From NCBI RefSeq assembly GCF_963853765.1, contig NC_088856.1, forward strand, positions 34,658,001 to 34,722,000: a stretch of 64,000 nucleotides of DNA, read 5' to 3'. A model generated the notes under the pieces. It searched no databases, was not told the origin of the DNA, and saw only the letters and a list, made by a program, of their open reading frames with translations. The DNA is from Magallana gigas. Its lineage: Eukaryota. This document shows, piece by piece, positions 52,101 through 64,000 of the stretch. The translations under genes and the position numbers were made by a program. The stretch's first letter is position 1, and every line of letters starts with the position of its first letter.

Positions 52101-53289
52101 CACTCATCCAAACACAAAGGATAAGCTCTATTACATCACAAAAACTGCCTTCCTACTGTAATAGAATGCCCAGAGAGAGAAAGAAACAATCATTCATAGA
52201 AAATTAACATGAATGATATTTTTTATGGTGCGTGTGCATATCCAAAATGTCTCCTTGTCCCATGATCAGGAACAGGAGGTCAATTGTTTTTATCAGAATT
52301 TAGAATTTACTTTGTTGAATACATCAATAAATATAAACAGATAATCATTTGTAGTACATGTATATATGCGTAATTGTCAATTCAAAAAAAATCACACAAT
52401 ACTGTTTTCTAATAATAGGAAATGTTATTGTAATTAAATTCTCTATTTAAGTAAATTAAGCCCAATCAAAATGACTAATGAAAAATCTATTCGACTGAAA
52501 TTAATGCAAAAGAACACTTTTTAGCTAAAAAACAATAATGTTATGAAAGTTACTGACCCTCTAAAATCATTATCATTTCTCAAAAGATAACAAATAAACA
52601 TTTTCCTGTGACCTGAATTTCAAAAGAACACTTTTTAGTTAAAAACAATAATGTTATGAAAGTTTCTGACCCTCTAAAATCATTATCATTTCTCAAAAGA
52701 TAACAAATAAACATTTTCCTGTGACCTGAATTTCAAAAAAATACTTTTTAGTTAAAAACAATAATTTTATGAAAGTTACTGGCGAATGAAGAGGCGTTGT
52801 ACTCGATCGGCAGCATTTTCCTGACATTAAGATTCTTACCTCACACGATCCACCCTCTGACACAGATTTCTGTCCCCGATGATGACGTGACAGATTGAGT
52901 TCTCCAGAATGCGAGGATGTGGGACTGGAGTGAGAACTACTGCCAGTACTCAGAATGTCTCGCCGGCGGTAGTACTCGGAGGGGCTGAGGGGCGAGTGTC
53001 GTTCACTCACTCGGTACTGACCGTGGGTCAAATCCAATTCCAGCATCTTGGCGTGCTCAGAGCTAGGCAGGCAGAGGGGAGGGGGTAGTGGAAGGTCCGA
53101 CTTTGTCCTGTCTGATGGGGAATATAGATGAGGGTCCTCCCTCTTGAATTTCTCCTCCAAAAAAGAAACCCCTCTTCCATAAATCTGTGAAAAGGCTGGG
53201 TGCATGAAGGAAGGATGAGGGGGGAAGGAGGCATAGAATGGTGAAGTTTCTACAGGGGAGTGGGAACTGTCATATTTTAAACTGGACAT
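28171..53289 (-). CDS. FOXP: forkhead box P transcription factor (FoxP), 927 aa, 15 coding exons
   Basis: Exons (minus strand) 52840-53289, 48927-49025, 48415-48708, 46151-46385, 40350-40520, 39960-40098, 38954-39041, 35881-35970, 35426-35768, 34891-34967, 34315-34416, 32763-32884, 32471-32555, 32148-32287, 28171-28519; total 2,784 nt, all GT-AG with matching phases. Q-rich region; [12 protein letters not shown]; C2H2 finger CKWPNC..CED..F..HL..EH; zipper [22 protein letters not shown]; forkhead domain [32 protein letters not shown]...[32 protein letters not shown]. The start Met is the first in-frame ATG of the most upstream phased exon; further 5' exons are possible. Confidence 0.95.
41958..42030 (+). 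promoter_or_regulatory. cluster of three GTAAACA forkhead consensus sites at exact 33-bp spacing (candidate FoxP intronic enhancer)
   Basis: GTAAACA at 41,958, 41,991 and 42,024, all on the same strand; function not demonstrated. Confidence 0.45.
49407..49652. mobile_element. short Helentron-associated element remnant
   Basis: 5' hairpin GCTGTCA/TGACAGC, internal AAGTGACTAAGTTCAA core, degenerate (GCCC)n tract, then ATAACCGGATTT; family assignment from recalled structure only. Confidence 0.5.
52507..52781. repeat. tandem repeat, ~113-114-bp unit x2.4
   Basis: unit starts CAAAAGAACAC at 52,507 and 52,621, and CAAAAAAATAC at 52,734. Confidence 0.9.
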
Positions 53290-55393
53290 CTTGGAAAAAT
53301 CAGTCTGTGAATCTCCTAGTAACATGATACTATAAAACAAACTCCTCTTTGACTCTCCCTCTCTGTTGGTCCACCAATATTTTTTCCTTGGTAGTTCTGT
53401 TGACAGTAGTGTTTTTTATCTCTCTAAACTGGAGCAGGAAGATAATGATATGGACTTCCACTTTTTTTCTTCCAAAATTATCCACCAGTAACTAATTGCA
53501 GGAAATGTTGATGAAAACACAAAATGACTGGTAAAAAAAACCCAAGAACACGAATTGACAATTTGTCCACTGAGTTAAGCTTCTTCGCTAAGGCATCAAG
53601 TATATCTTCCTCTCCGCGGAGTTCAGAGCGCACTGTGCTAGTAGAGCAATTTTTTTCCCACTCGAATTTTTTGTTGTTGCTTCAAACAATGCAAAAATAA
53701 AACTGTTTCAGAAATCAATAGTGTTTGCACGGCAACACTTTCAGTTTGGAATTCCACTAAGTATTGGCAACATCCAAGTTTATAAGAACATCAATTAAAG
53801 TCCAAAAAAAAAAAAAAATTAATAAATAAAATAAATTACTCCTAAATAAATTCTATATCCAAAAAAAAAAAAAAAAATCCTTCTAGAAAGTCTCTCAAGT
53901 GTAAGAAACAAGCGACAGCAGAAATCAATCGGTCTGCATGTTTCCTCACAGGTGTAGAAGATGATTCTGAGAACGAAAGACTAGCAGTCCTCCATGTGAC
54001 TGACAGTCGGTAAATGACTTGCTAAGTACAGCCGTCAATCACCTCCAGCTCGTAACAACAGACAACTAAACCATGTTAGGCTGACATACAATGTTATTGG
54101 AAGTTAGTCAACCGTCAGAGGTCGCAGATCAAAGGTCGGAGGCCACAGCAGACATTTCCTTCAGAGAGTGCATTTGAAAGACGTTTGAAACTGTACACCT
54201 TTATTTCTTTATACTCTTTTTTTTTCAGAGTTATAAATTTTCTCAACACTGAGTTGCACATTTCTACACACCAATAGAAATGAAAGGATTTAAAAAAAAA
54301 TGCTTTCTTTACAGGGGGCATTTAAAGACGTCGGTTTATAAAGACCTCAGTAAAAATAACAAAAAGTTATAAACAAAAATACATGTACCATAAATCAGTA
54401 ACAAAAACCTTAATATGTATCATATTTCTTCTACAAAAATTGTAAAAGTGTGTCATTTGGTATCTTTAATTAAAAAAAATGAAAAAAATCCCCAAAGCCA
54501 CAAATATTATAGAATGAAAAAAACCCCAGGATTTTTTAATCTCCAAAGCACACAAAAAATATAATCTTGATTATTTCAACATTTTAATCTGACTAGCTTA
54601 TTTTTCAGGAAATGGTTAAAGCACATGTTTTGAAGATACACTAGTTCGTGCATCATCTCTTAACTTAATTATATCATGCTGTATTTGACAAAGCTAGAAT
54701 CTCAATATTTTTTTCCTTCAAAATGCTACATACAATTTGAGAAACATTAAACTCTGATTTTGATATAACTTAATTCTATTTTATTCCCCACATCAAAGTA
54801 GAAAGCAAAATATGATAAAAATATGATAGGAACTTCAATAAGTTAAATTGACATCCATCACAAATTAGATTTCTCTCTGAACAAATGGTCAACTTTATAA
54901 TTAAAACCACGCAGACACACTTTCTCAAATCCACATATATAGCTATTAACTACCCCATCTCACTTTCCTCTTGCTAATTTACCTGATCTAGGCTAGCATA
55001 CTTGAAGGGAGATAACTTGTATAGCAACAAGCAATGCTCCAAATTCTTCTCTGATTTAGAATCCAGTAAATGTATAATGTTAAATATAATTGTTACATCT
55101 CAGTGGGCCGGCAGTCATTAAAAGAGGTGACTGTGATCATATTAAATCCAAATCCAAGGTTCATTTAGGTTTGAAATACTTATGTGGAGAGTGCAAAATC
55201 AAAATTACAACTGGTTTACAAATCTACTGACATCTTATAAGGATTCGGTCGGGGTAAATGTGCCAGAATTAAGGCCGCTTGAGTGTTGGGAATCAACTCA
55301 AAATTACTCTTTAAGGAAGGAAGTGTTTTCAAGTGCCCCAAAACAATTAGAATAAACTTTTTCAGGAGAGGTGACTTATGGATAATCAATTAC

Positions 55394-55469
55394 CTTTTCC
55401 GAGGAGAGTCTTCATGAATGGTCAGATGTGAGGAACTATAGGGGAGAGGATCCAGGGAACTTCCGGGGG
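55394..55469 (-). other. candidate upstream (probably 5'-UTR) exon of FoxP
   Basis: 76-nt GC-richer block with strong acceptor TGTTTTTTCAG| and donor AAG|GTAATT on the FoxP strand; its only open frame does not match the phase of the exon ending at 53,315. Confidence 0.4.
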
Positions 55470-56807
55470 CTGAAAAAACAACAATCCATCAGAGAGTGTA
55501 ACAAAAGCCGTCAAGTCTATCTCCACACACAAGACAGTAGCAGTGACTCTTCAAAGCTTCCCTCCTGACAAAATTTACATCAAATTAAAATTAATTATGA
55601 TACACAGCCCACAAAGTTTAAATGTCACAATTTATCGATATTCATAATTTGTCTTTTTACTTAATGATTACTAACCGCTTAATTGTAAAAATAGATCCCA
55701 TTAAAATTTGTGCATCCTTCTATCAATTTGAATTTGATGACCTGCTGAATATTATTATTTTGTGGTTGAGAATTTTTTTGTTCCTTCATTTTCCTATCAA
55801 GACATTTCATATGTGTCCCTTTTTTTTGAATTCTTGCTTTGTGAGACATTACAGGTTTATTTCTGTTTTACCTCTATTAAACTTACAAACTATATTCATA
55901 AAACAATCACTCATCACTTTGTAAAGTACAAGACACCACAAATTCACAGCAAAAGCTAAAAGAAATTCTTACATAAAAATAGGTTTAATTACAAAAACAA
56001 AAATTCTTTCCAACAATGGCGAAAAATGTAATGATATGATAACATTCATAACGCACATTACGCATATATGAAAACGTCAGGACAGTACTAGGAATTACAT
56101 CTGCAGAAGACATGACCCCCATTTTACCATCCAATTATAAATTGGGCATTACTTATGCAAATTATTTACAGAAATACAGTGCAATTTAAGTATCTATACA
56201 TGACATGAATAGCAGATTATAAATTATCTTAAAATATTGAAGTACGCAAACTTCATGGTTCATGACGGTATGATAATAAACGTAACACGTAATAATTGAT
56301 CATTCATATCGCCATTAAGGGCAATTTACTTGCATGGCTTTTCAACTTTATATTGTCAGTGTGTTAAAATGATTTTGGTAACATTAGAGAGGTAAATGCA
56401 GTACAGTATCTGATATATCATAAGATTCACGTTGATGTCTTTATACTTCAATCCATAATCCCCCCCTCTTTTTTATTAACTTGATGCAATTAGTTTAGGT
56501 ACTTGATTCCATTTTGCACAAAAGTGCAAGTTGCCAATTTGAACTAAAAACACATTGCTAAATAAAACAGTCTGTGATTGAACTTCCAATTCTTACAAAG
56601 TTTGCCCTCATTCAAGTATGAAAAAGTATATAGATTTTTGTACTTTTAAACCTGCTTTTTTTTCTCTTTAGAAATTCACTGCAGCCTTTAAGTATACACA
56701 TGCTACTCAACATACATCATTGATCATTGATATTTTATTAAATATAATATGATTTTGATACTTTATCTACCAATGATATAATATGAACACCAGTGCATAT
56801 TTTGCAC

Positions 56808-56833
56808 AGAGAGAGAGAGAGAGAGAGAGAGAG
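56808..56833. repeat. (GA)n microsatellite
   Basis: directly visible. Confidence 0.9.
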
Positions 56834-57590
56834 GTGATAACTATTATGCAAGAACCATGTAAATATTGACCACCACATTATCCTAATCACCCAACAGTGT
56901 GCAGCCAACACATTGAGTCATGTAACACATGATGCTCAATGACCACAGACATTGTGATACTCAGCCAGACAACAGCCCTGTCACTTTAATGCCCTGGCAG
57001 TGCAGTCATTTTGCAATCTTCACACCCGTCCCTCTGCATGGTGGGGGGGAATTCCCACAGTTCCATCATAGGCCTGGCATTGTTTATGGAGACAGGAACA
57101 TGTGTATGTCTTGTGTTTTATTTGGTCCGAGTGTCACCTCTGGGCTTGTCTTTGTACACCTATAGCCCAAACAACAATCATCAAAACAGATGTTGTTCTC
57201 TCCCTTTGTGCTGACATGTGTATCATATTTATTACATAACTTATTTGTAGACTGGTAACAATTCATTAGTGAACGATCAGGATCATAGGTATGAATCAAG
57301 GAGGGCCTGTTTTCCCTCTCCTATTTTAATGGAGCTGAACAATACAATATCAATATCCTATAAATATGTCAAATGAGATCATGCACAAATACAGTAGTTA
57401 ATATATATTATGAAAAGTACTGTTGATCACAGGTATTTAAGATGTTGCAAGTTACCGGCCCGGTATTTCCAATCTCTTTAGAATGTATGTCAATGAATAC
57501 CGGTAAACAAGATTCATCAAAACTTACAATTCAATTGGCTGAACAAATATCACCTTTGAATGTCATTACTTAGATGGATACCAATGCAGA

Positions 57591-57810
57591 GTTATCAAAC
57601 TAATTAACCCACTTAATGTAAACTGGCTGCTAATTATTTTAAGGTAGGTATTAAGTGAAATACATTTAGTAAGACCAAAACCACCCATGTGGCTATCAAT
57701 GCAGTTATCAAACTAATTAACCCACTTAATGTAAACTGGTTGTTAATTATTTTAAGGTAGATATTAAGTGAAATACATTAAGTAAGACCAAAACCACCCA
57801 TGTAGCTATC
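57591..57810. repeat. near-perfect tandem duplication, 113-bp unit x2
   Basis: GTTATCAAACTAATTAACCCAC at 57,591 and 57,704. Confidence 0.9.
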
Positions 57811-58203
57811 CTAGTAGGTCAAAGATTTAGAAAAATTTAGAATGTGATATATTGGTTTGATTGATATTGTATACCTATAAAAAAAAGTTTAAAACTAGAC
57901 ACAATCTAGATTGTTGGGAGCAACCAGAAGTCTTTCGTTTGAATGCACCTTAAAATAAGCTACTGGGATAGTTGTTCTTCGAATTAAATTCAACACTGTC
58001 TAAGGATTTCAATAGACATATATTTATACTGAAAAAAAGTGCTATTATTGTGATATTTGATATTAAAATTAAAACAGAAATTAGATTTCAAAGAAAAAAT
58101 CGTCAAAATTAATTAAGAAAAAACATTCGTCACTCTGGGGTTGAACCCGGTCACAAGTCCACCACTCTAACTAATAAAACACAGGAACTCTCAATTGAAG
58201 ACT

Positions 58204-58767
58204 TAGCTGCAGGTCTGTAGCTCCCGGTCTGAGAAAAATTCCGATGGACGACCTGGGAGCTACAGTGCCTCCCATACTAAAAATCTGCAATTTACGGCGC
58301 ACAAAAATTTGCGCTAGTTTTGGACTGATTAACCTTATTTCCAAACACATTCTATACAAATATTTGATTCCAAAAAATTCCTCAGACAGTTTACTACAGA
58401 TATCGTCACTTTACTTGCCTCTGATATTCTTTTAAACACCATCACCAGCCCCGTAATGTGAAGTGGTGCAGTTTGTTTACATGTAAAAATGGCGACTCTC
58501 GATCTTGACGTGAATTTAACATTCTTCAATTTCGGAGGTCGGTTAGCATGTTTAAGAGAAAGTTTGAGGCAAGTAAAGTACCGATATCAGTAGTAAATTG
58601 ACTGAAGAATTTAATGGTACTAATGTAAAAAAAAGGTTAATGAGTCCAAAACTAGCGCACATTTTTGGTCGCCATAAATTGCAGATTTTTACTATGGGAG
58701 GCACTGTAGCTCCCAGTAGGTCGTCCATCCAAATTTTTTCAGATCGGGAGCTACAGACCTGCAGCTA
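58204..58767. mobile_element. Mutator-like (MULE) non-autonomous foldback element
   Basis: ~133-bp imperfect TIRs (58,204-58,336 / 58,633-58,767) starting TAGCTGCAGGTCTGTAGCTCCC; exact 9-bp TSD TTGAAGACT at 58,195-58,203 and 58,768-58,776. Confidence 0.9.
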
Positions 58768-59339
58768 TTGAAGACTGAGGTCAAAATATTATTCTGTATT
58801 CATAAAAGCATATCTTTTAAAAAATAACAGAAAAATATTTAAAAGTAAAAACATTGAAAAATTTATTTAATGTTTTTTGTTTCTTTCCAGTGATGACCGG
58901 AACTGACTTCTGATATTCGTATATGCAAAGGACACTCCGCCTAAAGACTATCTACCATTGAAAGGTTTACCTTGATACTTTTTGAGAAAAATCATGAACG
59001 AGCAAAAACATTTAATCTTCAATTTCTAATGACCGAAAGGGACGACAAAAAAAAATGAATAATAATTTTTTTTTTTTTTTAGCATTTTTGAGAAAATGTG
59101 ACAAAAAATAAATCATAATACATTAAATAGAGGAAAAGAAATAATTAAAGCAATAACAAGAAGGTCTTCCCTTGGAAATGGAAGACCTTAAATATAACAT
59201 TATATAACTGCCTATTTATTTTTAGGGATATACTAAATTGTTTCCATTCCAAAATATAGGGGTGTACTGTTGTGAGAGTTTCAGGACTTTGATGACAAAC
59301 CCATTGATTGATGTTACCCAGCCAGAAGGGGTGTTAATT

Positions 59340-59715
59340 ATATATTATTATACTTTCATGATAAATACTGAAATCTGATTGGTTTAGACGAAGTTGATAA
59401 TCTGTTCTATTACCCTCAGTGTTAGCAACACACTTAGCAATGGGTAACACAACGAATTGTTACATGTGCGTAAATTATGCTCATACGGTTCGCCGTGAAA
59501 TTCACGTCATTTCTATAGAAAAGCGGTAAAAAAATCTATAAAATTAAGACATTCAGTATAATAAAATAAATAGTGCCTGTTTGGGAGGACAACAGTTGAA
59601 ATTGACACCATTGACACGAAAAAACCATTGTCAACCGACGCGAAGCGGAGGTTGACAATGGTTTTCGAGGGGTGTCAATTTCAACTGTTACCCTCCCAAA
59701 CAGGCACTATTTATA
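59340..59715. mobile_element. hairpin-bearing non-autonomous DNA element (Crypton-like by inference), copy B
   Basis: same core ATTGTCAACCGACGCGAAGCGGAGGTTGACAATGGTTTTCGAGGGGTGTCAATTTCAAC as copy A; flanking IR ATAGTGCCTGTTTGGGAGG / CCTCCCAAACAGGCACTAT; left tail is the reverse complement of copy A's tail. Confidence 0.72.
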
Positions 59716-60316
59716 TAATGATCAATGCATGTTCAAAATTCTCAATCACCAAAATTTTAATGAGATACTGGGAGATAAATGATAGTCACAAAAGGGAGAA
59801 CACCCTTTAGAAGTTGAATATACAGGGGACACAATTTCACATTGAACAAGGTTCTTATGCTGCAGAACTGTACCGTAGCTCCTTGGCCCATGGATTTATA
59901 GTTCCTCACAAGCAAAACACTTGTATAAATTGGCAAAAAATTATGAATATGGATTTATTAATCTCTTATCTGAAAGTCTGAAACCATTGATTTGACATTT
60001 CTTTAGACATTTGACTACTTATGTTGTTACTTTACTTGCCACTGAAAATCTTTGAAAACCACATTATTAGCCCTGCATGAGTAAGGGGAAGTAAGGGGAA
60101 GTAATGATTGAGGTCTGTTTATTGGCGAAAATGGTAACTCTTGATCTGCAAGTGAAGCAAATACATGTATTGAACTTATAATATGTAAACATGCATAAAT
60201 TTTTGTGGCTAATAATTGTAATTTTGCATGTGAGAATTGAGGAGCTGTAGTGCTGTCACCAGTGAACTCAATGTTTTCCATAGAGCTACAGAGGTCACAC
60301 CGAGGTTCCCTGGCCA

Positions 60317-60483
60317 TGATATATTTATTTCCCTTTGTATATAGGGCCATACAATGTCACATAGAGTTCCCCATGATTTATTTATTTCCCTTTGTATATA
60401 TATAGGGCCATACAATATGTCACATAGAGTTTCCCATGATATATTTATTTCACGTACATATATAGAGCCATACAATATGTCAC
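60317..60483. repeat. minisatellite, ~57-62-bp unit x3
   Basis: CATGAT(A/T)TATTTATTTC...ATAG(G/A)GCCATACAAT...GTCAC repeated three times. Confidence 0.85.
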
Positions 60484-63400
60484 TATGAGGTTCAAATTCT
60501 TATTTCACTTTATTTAGGATCATGCGATATGTTTTTAACAAAAAAAAAAATGAATAAGAAGACAAATGGAAATGAAAATCTTCAGTTGATCTACTACTTG
60601 ACAAACATATTAGGTAATTTTGAATTTAAACCAAGTGCTGAATAATTTTCTTATTTTACCAAACAGCCTAGATCTATTTATTCTACTTTTCTTGACTAAA
60701 TGAGTTTAAAAATAAATCAAGACAGACCTCCAAATTTGCTGAAATATTAACCTGATAAACACTGGGAAATTATGCCTGGTGAGAATTAGTTAAAACTCTG
60801 AATGTTTGTGTTTTCAGCCGTGGGATGATATCTCGATCTGGTTAAAAATCAATAAGTGATATTTAGATAAAACCCAACGCAGTGCTTTGAAACAGTCAAC
60901 ATTGTACTTGTATGTCATTTACAAAGAAAACTAGGTAAACATGAAATGTGCAAGGACTATTTGTTGTGGGGCAATATTCTCAAGGAGACAGCCATGTTAA
61001 TCTCGAACAACAGAACTTCCTGCAAATCAGCAATACCTCTCCCGTTTACTTGTCATCTCTCATCCGCATGTGGGAAGATGCCTTATATATATTTTTCATA
61101 AAATAAAATGCCCTTGCCACTTATGAATGGTACATCTTTTGTTTTTTAAAGTTACATATATAGTGAACGTTTACTATTATCTGCTTTTGTATAATCTGAA
61201 GTCAACCTGGTTACTTTCAAATTTATACTAGTAAATTTAAAGTTATTTTATTTTCATTTTATCATATATGCTAAATATATGTGTCTGCATATCTTATTTA
61301 TTTCACAATAGGTAATAGTTTGAAATTTGAAAAATCAACAAGAGAGTTTATTCTATACAGACCATTAAACAACTAAAAAATGACAGCTACAGGGTATAAT
61401 CTCACAATCTTTAAAGCCAACAAAGCATTGGGGCTTATAAACATGAAAATTATGTACATACTACAGATTTTTACCAAAATATAGTGAATATTAAAAGCAT
61501 ATTACACATACCTGAGTTATTGAAGTACATTTGTCGAACAGGTAAAGGGAAATAACTCTCATCATCAAGATAGAGTTTTTTATGGTCAATACATATATTT
61601 ATATAAAATATCCAGAAAACAGTTTACATCATTGCCAACACTTACAGCTTAAAACTCTGACTCTGCGTGAATATATGAAGCATTAATATATTATATGGGT
61701 AGAAAATTTTCCTCATTTTGACATATTTGAATCTTTATTAATTAAAAACCAATGTATATTAGGGATGAATAAGTTAGAATCAGTCTTTTTATTTCTTGAA
61801 TCAAATACAACTGTCATAAAAAAAAGATGTGGGACAATGAAAATAAATTATCTCAGAGATGTTTCAATATATTTTTTTTTTTTATCTAGACTGATATTCC
61901 TGTGGTATATTTAATTTATTACTTTTCAGGTTTGTTACTGACCGAATATGGAAATTAATACATCAGGTTGATCAGTCTCATAGATGCTAATACAGGTTAT
62001 GTATTTTTTCTGCAATATGTCCCTATGATATGCAGCAATATATATAAACTTCCTTGCCTTCAATGACAAGTACAAGGTTCTGCTGGTTTTTCTTTTTGGT
62101 TTTTTTTTTTTTTTTTTTTTTTTACACAAAAACAGCTGGTCTTAGTAAGCCAACTGTTGCCAAATACTTTGAAGAGGAAGTTACTTCAGAATCTCTATAA
62201 ACATTTGAGATGCATCAAATTTTATATGTAAAATTTTATATGCAATGGGGCATTATAGATGGATTAAATAGCTAAGCAGCATGCGCATGACCAAAACAAA
62301 AATTATTTCACCCACAAAAAAAATGCAAATCATTTGAACAACTGATATGCTTGCTGAACCCTTAAAGCACACTTTAACTTAAAAATAACCCCAGAGAAAA
62401 CATTCAGTCTGAGGCTTATCATCTCTTGTTTGGATTTATTCGGCCGAGTTAGTAGTTTGGCACAAAACAAACTTTTCAGGGTGGGTTTTTTCTCCCTAAA
62501 AAGTAAACAAATACCTTTCAAACAGGCACAAGCCCTCTCTTGACACAGACTGGTGTTCTACGATGTGATTCAACTTGTACCTCCTTCTGCATGCATTCTG
62601 TTTGCTCAATCTAAAAAAAAAATAATAAATCTTTATAAATTTTCATCGCAGTTTTTCAAAATTTGAAAAAGCTTGTAACACAAATGTCCTCTGTCATGGT
62701 CATTTGTGATACAAATTTTTCCCTCCGAATTTATGAAAACTAGGAGATACATAATTATCTTCAAAGTTGGTCTTCAAAATCATGTTCTTACTTATGGAAA
62801 TAACAAAACTTTAGCGGACAATGTATCAACATTATCAGTCATTTTGTTTCCATAATTTATAATGTATACCTATATACCAGACATACGAGGTCAGTCTCCT
62901 TATTTGGACTAGTGACACACATTTAGTGATCTGTTACATATTGCAGGACATGTTCCTAGAATACATGTATTTAGCATAACATAATCTGGCTGCGCAAAAA
63001 CTCTGAAATTAAGACACTGGCATCTTTGATGAATTTTTACCCACTAAATTAGGTGACACTTTTGTTTTACAACGTAAACTGACGCACACATTTCATATTA
63101 GATTTAAACACAAAATTACCAAAATATTTTTCCCCTACTCTCTGAAAATACAAGTAGCTATACAATAATTAAAATCTGAACTACATGTACTAGCTAAGAT
63201 GATAAACAATTTTACAAGAATATTTTTTTTAAAAGCAATAAAGGACAGAAATGACAATCACAAAAAGGTAAATATTATTCAAACTGCACTTGCAAAATTA
63301 ATGATTGATGACAAATTATAAGGACAACAAAACTGTTGCATAAGTATGCCGAAAATTAGATAGGGGGTTAGTCACACTTGTTTCAAATCTTTTTATTGCA

Positions 63401-63882
63401 ATGAAATTCTCAACAGCCAATGTATCAATATATCAAGCAGAAACATGCAATGTTGATTAGTTATCCCATTTCCTGAACCACTAAAGAAAGGATCAATATT
63501 ATATAAATAATCACTATGCTATTTGTGTTATGTTAATAATTCATACACCCCCTTCCCACCCACTACTGGTAGTCAAAACTTTTTCCATTTGATTATCATG
63601 AAATGACATGTTTTTGCATCAATCTCTAAGCTCTGAATTAGGACAAATTATCAACATTTTTGTCAATTTGGGAAAACCAGTTATTGTAAATTAAGCTTTA
63701 TAAATTTCATTAGACAGGAAATTATATTACATGAACAAGTATACAGATACAATTTGAATTGGTCAATTCTTATTTCAACTCATCGTATTACATAATATAG
63801 CTGCCTTTATTTTCTTTAACCTGCATTTCTAACATTACCGTGGATTCTCTAATACATGTAATTTCATGCACATGCACATTAA

Positions 63883-64000
63883 AGCATTATGAGCTGCAAA
63901 TTTCATGTTAAAATTTATTTTTAGAAAAATGTTATTTTCTATTTAAATGACAAAAAATATCATGGTTTTAAATTTTTGTTAGCCATATTTTGTGAGGAAA
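63883..64000. mobile_element. Kolobok-type element, second copy, cut by the window end
   Basis: TTAA|AGCATTATGAGCTGCAA...GAAAAATGTTATTTTC...ATCATGGTT...GTTAGCCATATTTT, colinear with 11,349-11,460. Confidence 0.75.

Noticed and set aside
52507-57810. Two tandem duplications with nearly the same unit length (113-114 bp)
   Set aside because: The units share no sequence similarity; the equal length is probably coincidence.
58125-58175. tRNA gene on the minus strand (B-box-like GGTTCAACCC)
   Set aside because: Too short, no complete cloverleaf or acceptor stem; at most a decayed tRNA/SINE head fragment.

Overview
AT-rich eukaryotic genomic DNA. The repeat families and genes suggest a bivalve mollusc, probably an ostreid oyster (inference). 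I reconstructed four spliced genes by hand, each with consistent intron phases. (1) A 5'-incomplete EPN/WND C-type lectin (+, ~3.9-10.8 kb), whose third intron holds an antisense, 5'-truncated RTE-X/CR1-L2-group LINE. (2) A CYB561D2-like cytochrome b561 (-, 12,960-18,344), with a Helentron-type satellite-bearing element in an intron. (3) A secreted 765-aa tyrosinase-like protein (+, 21,361-24,070) that needs a GC-AG intron. (4) A 15-exon, 927-aa FoxP transcription factor (-, 28,171-53,289). The rest is introns and intergenic DNA with non-autonomous DNA transposons (MULE-, Kolobok-, Tc1/pogo-, Helentron- and hairpin-type) and simple repeats. The main leads are three perfect forkhead sites spaced exactly 33 bp apart in a FoxP intron beside a candidate poison exon (possible autoregulation), and a convertase-bracketed Tyr/Arg/His-rich peptide inside the tyrosinase (possible self-encoded DOPA substrate). 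A perfect 37-bp palindrome lies upstream of CYB561D2, and the LINE sits about 10 nt from a lectin splice acceptor. No database searches were run; family names come from recognised motifs.
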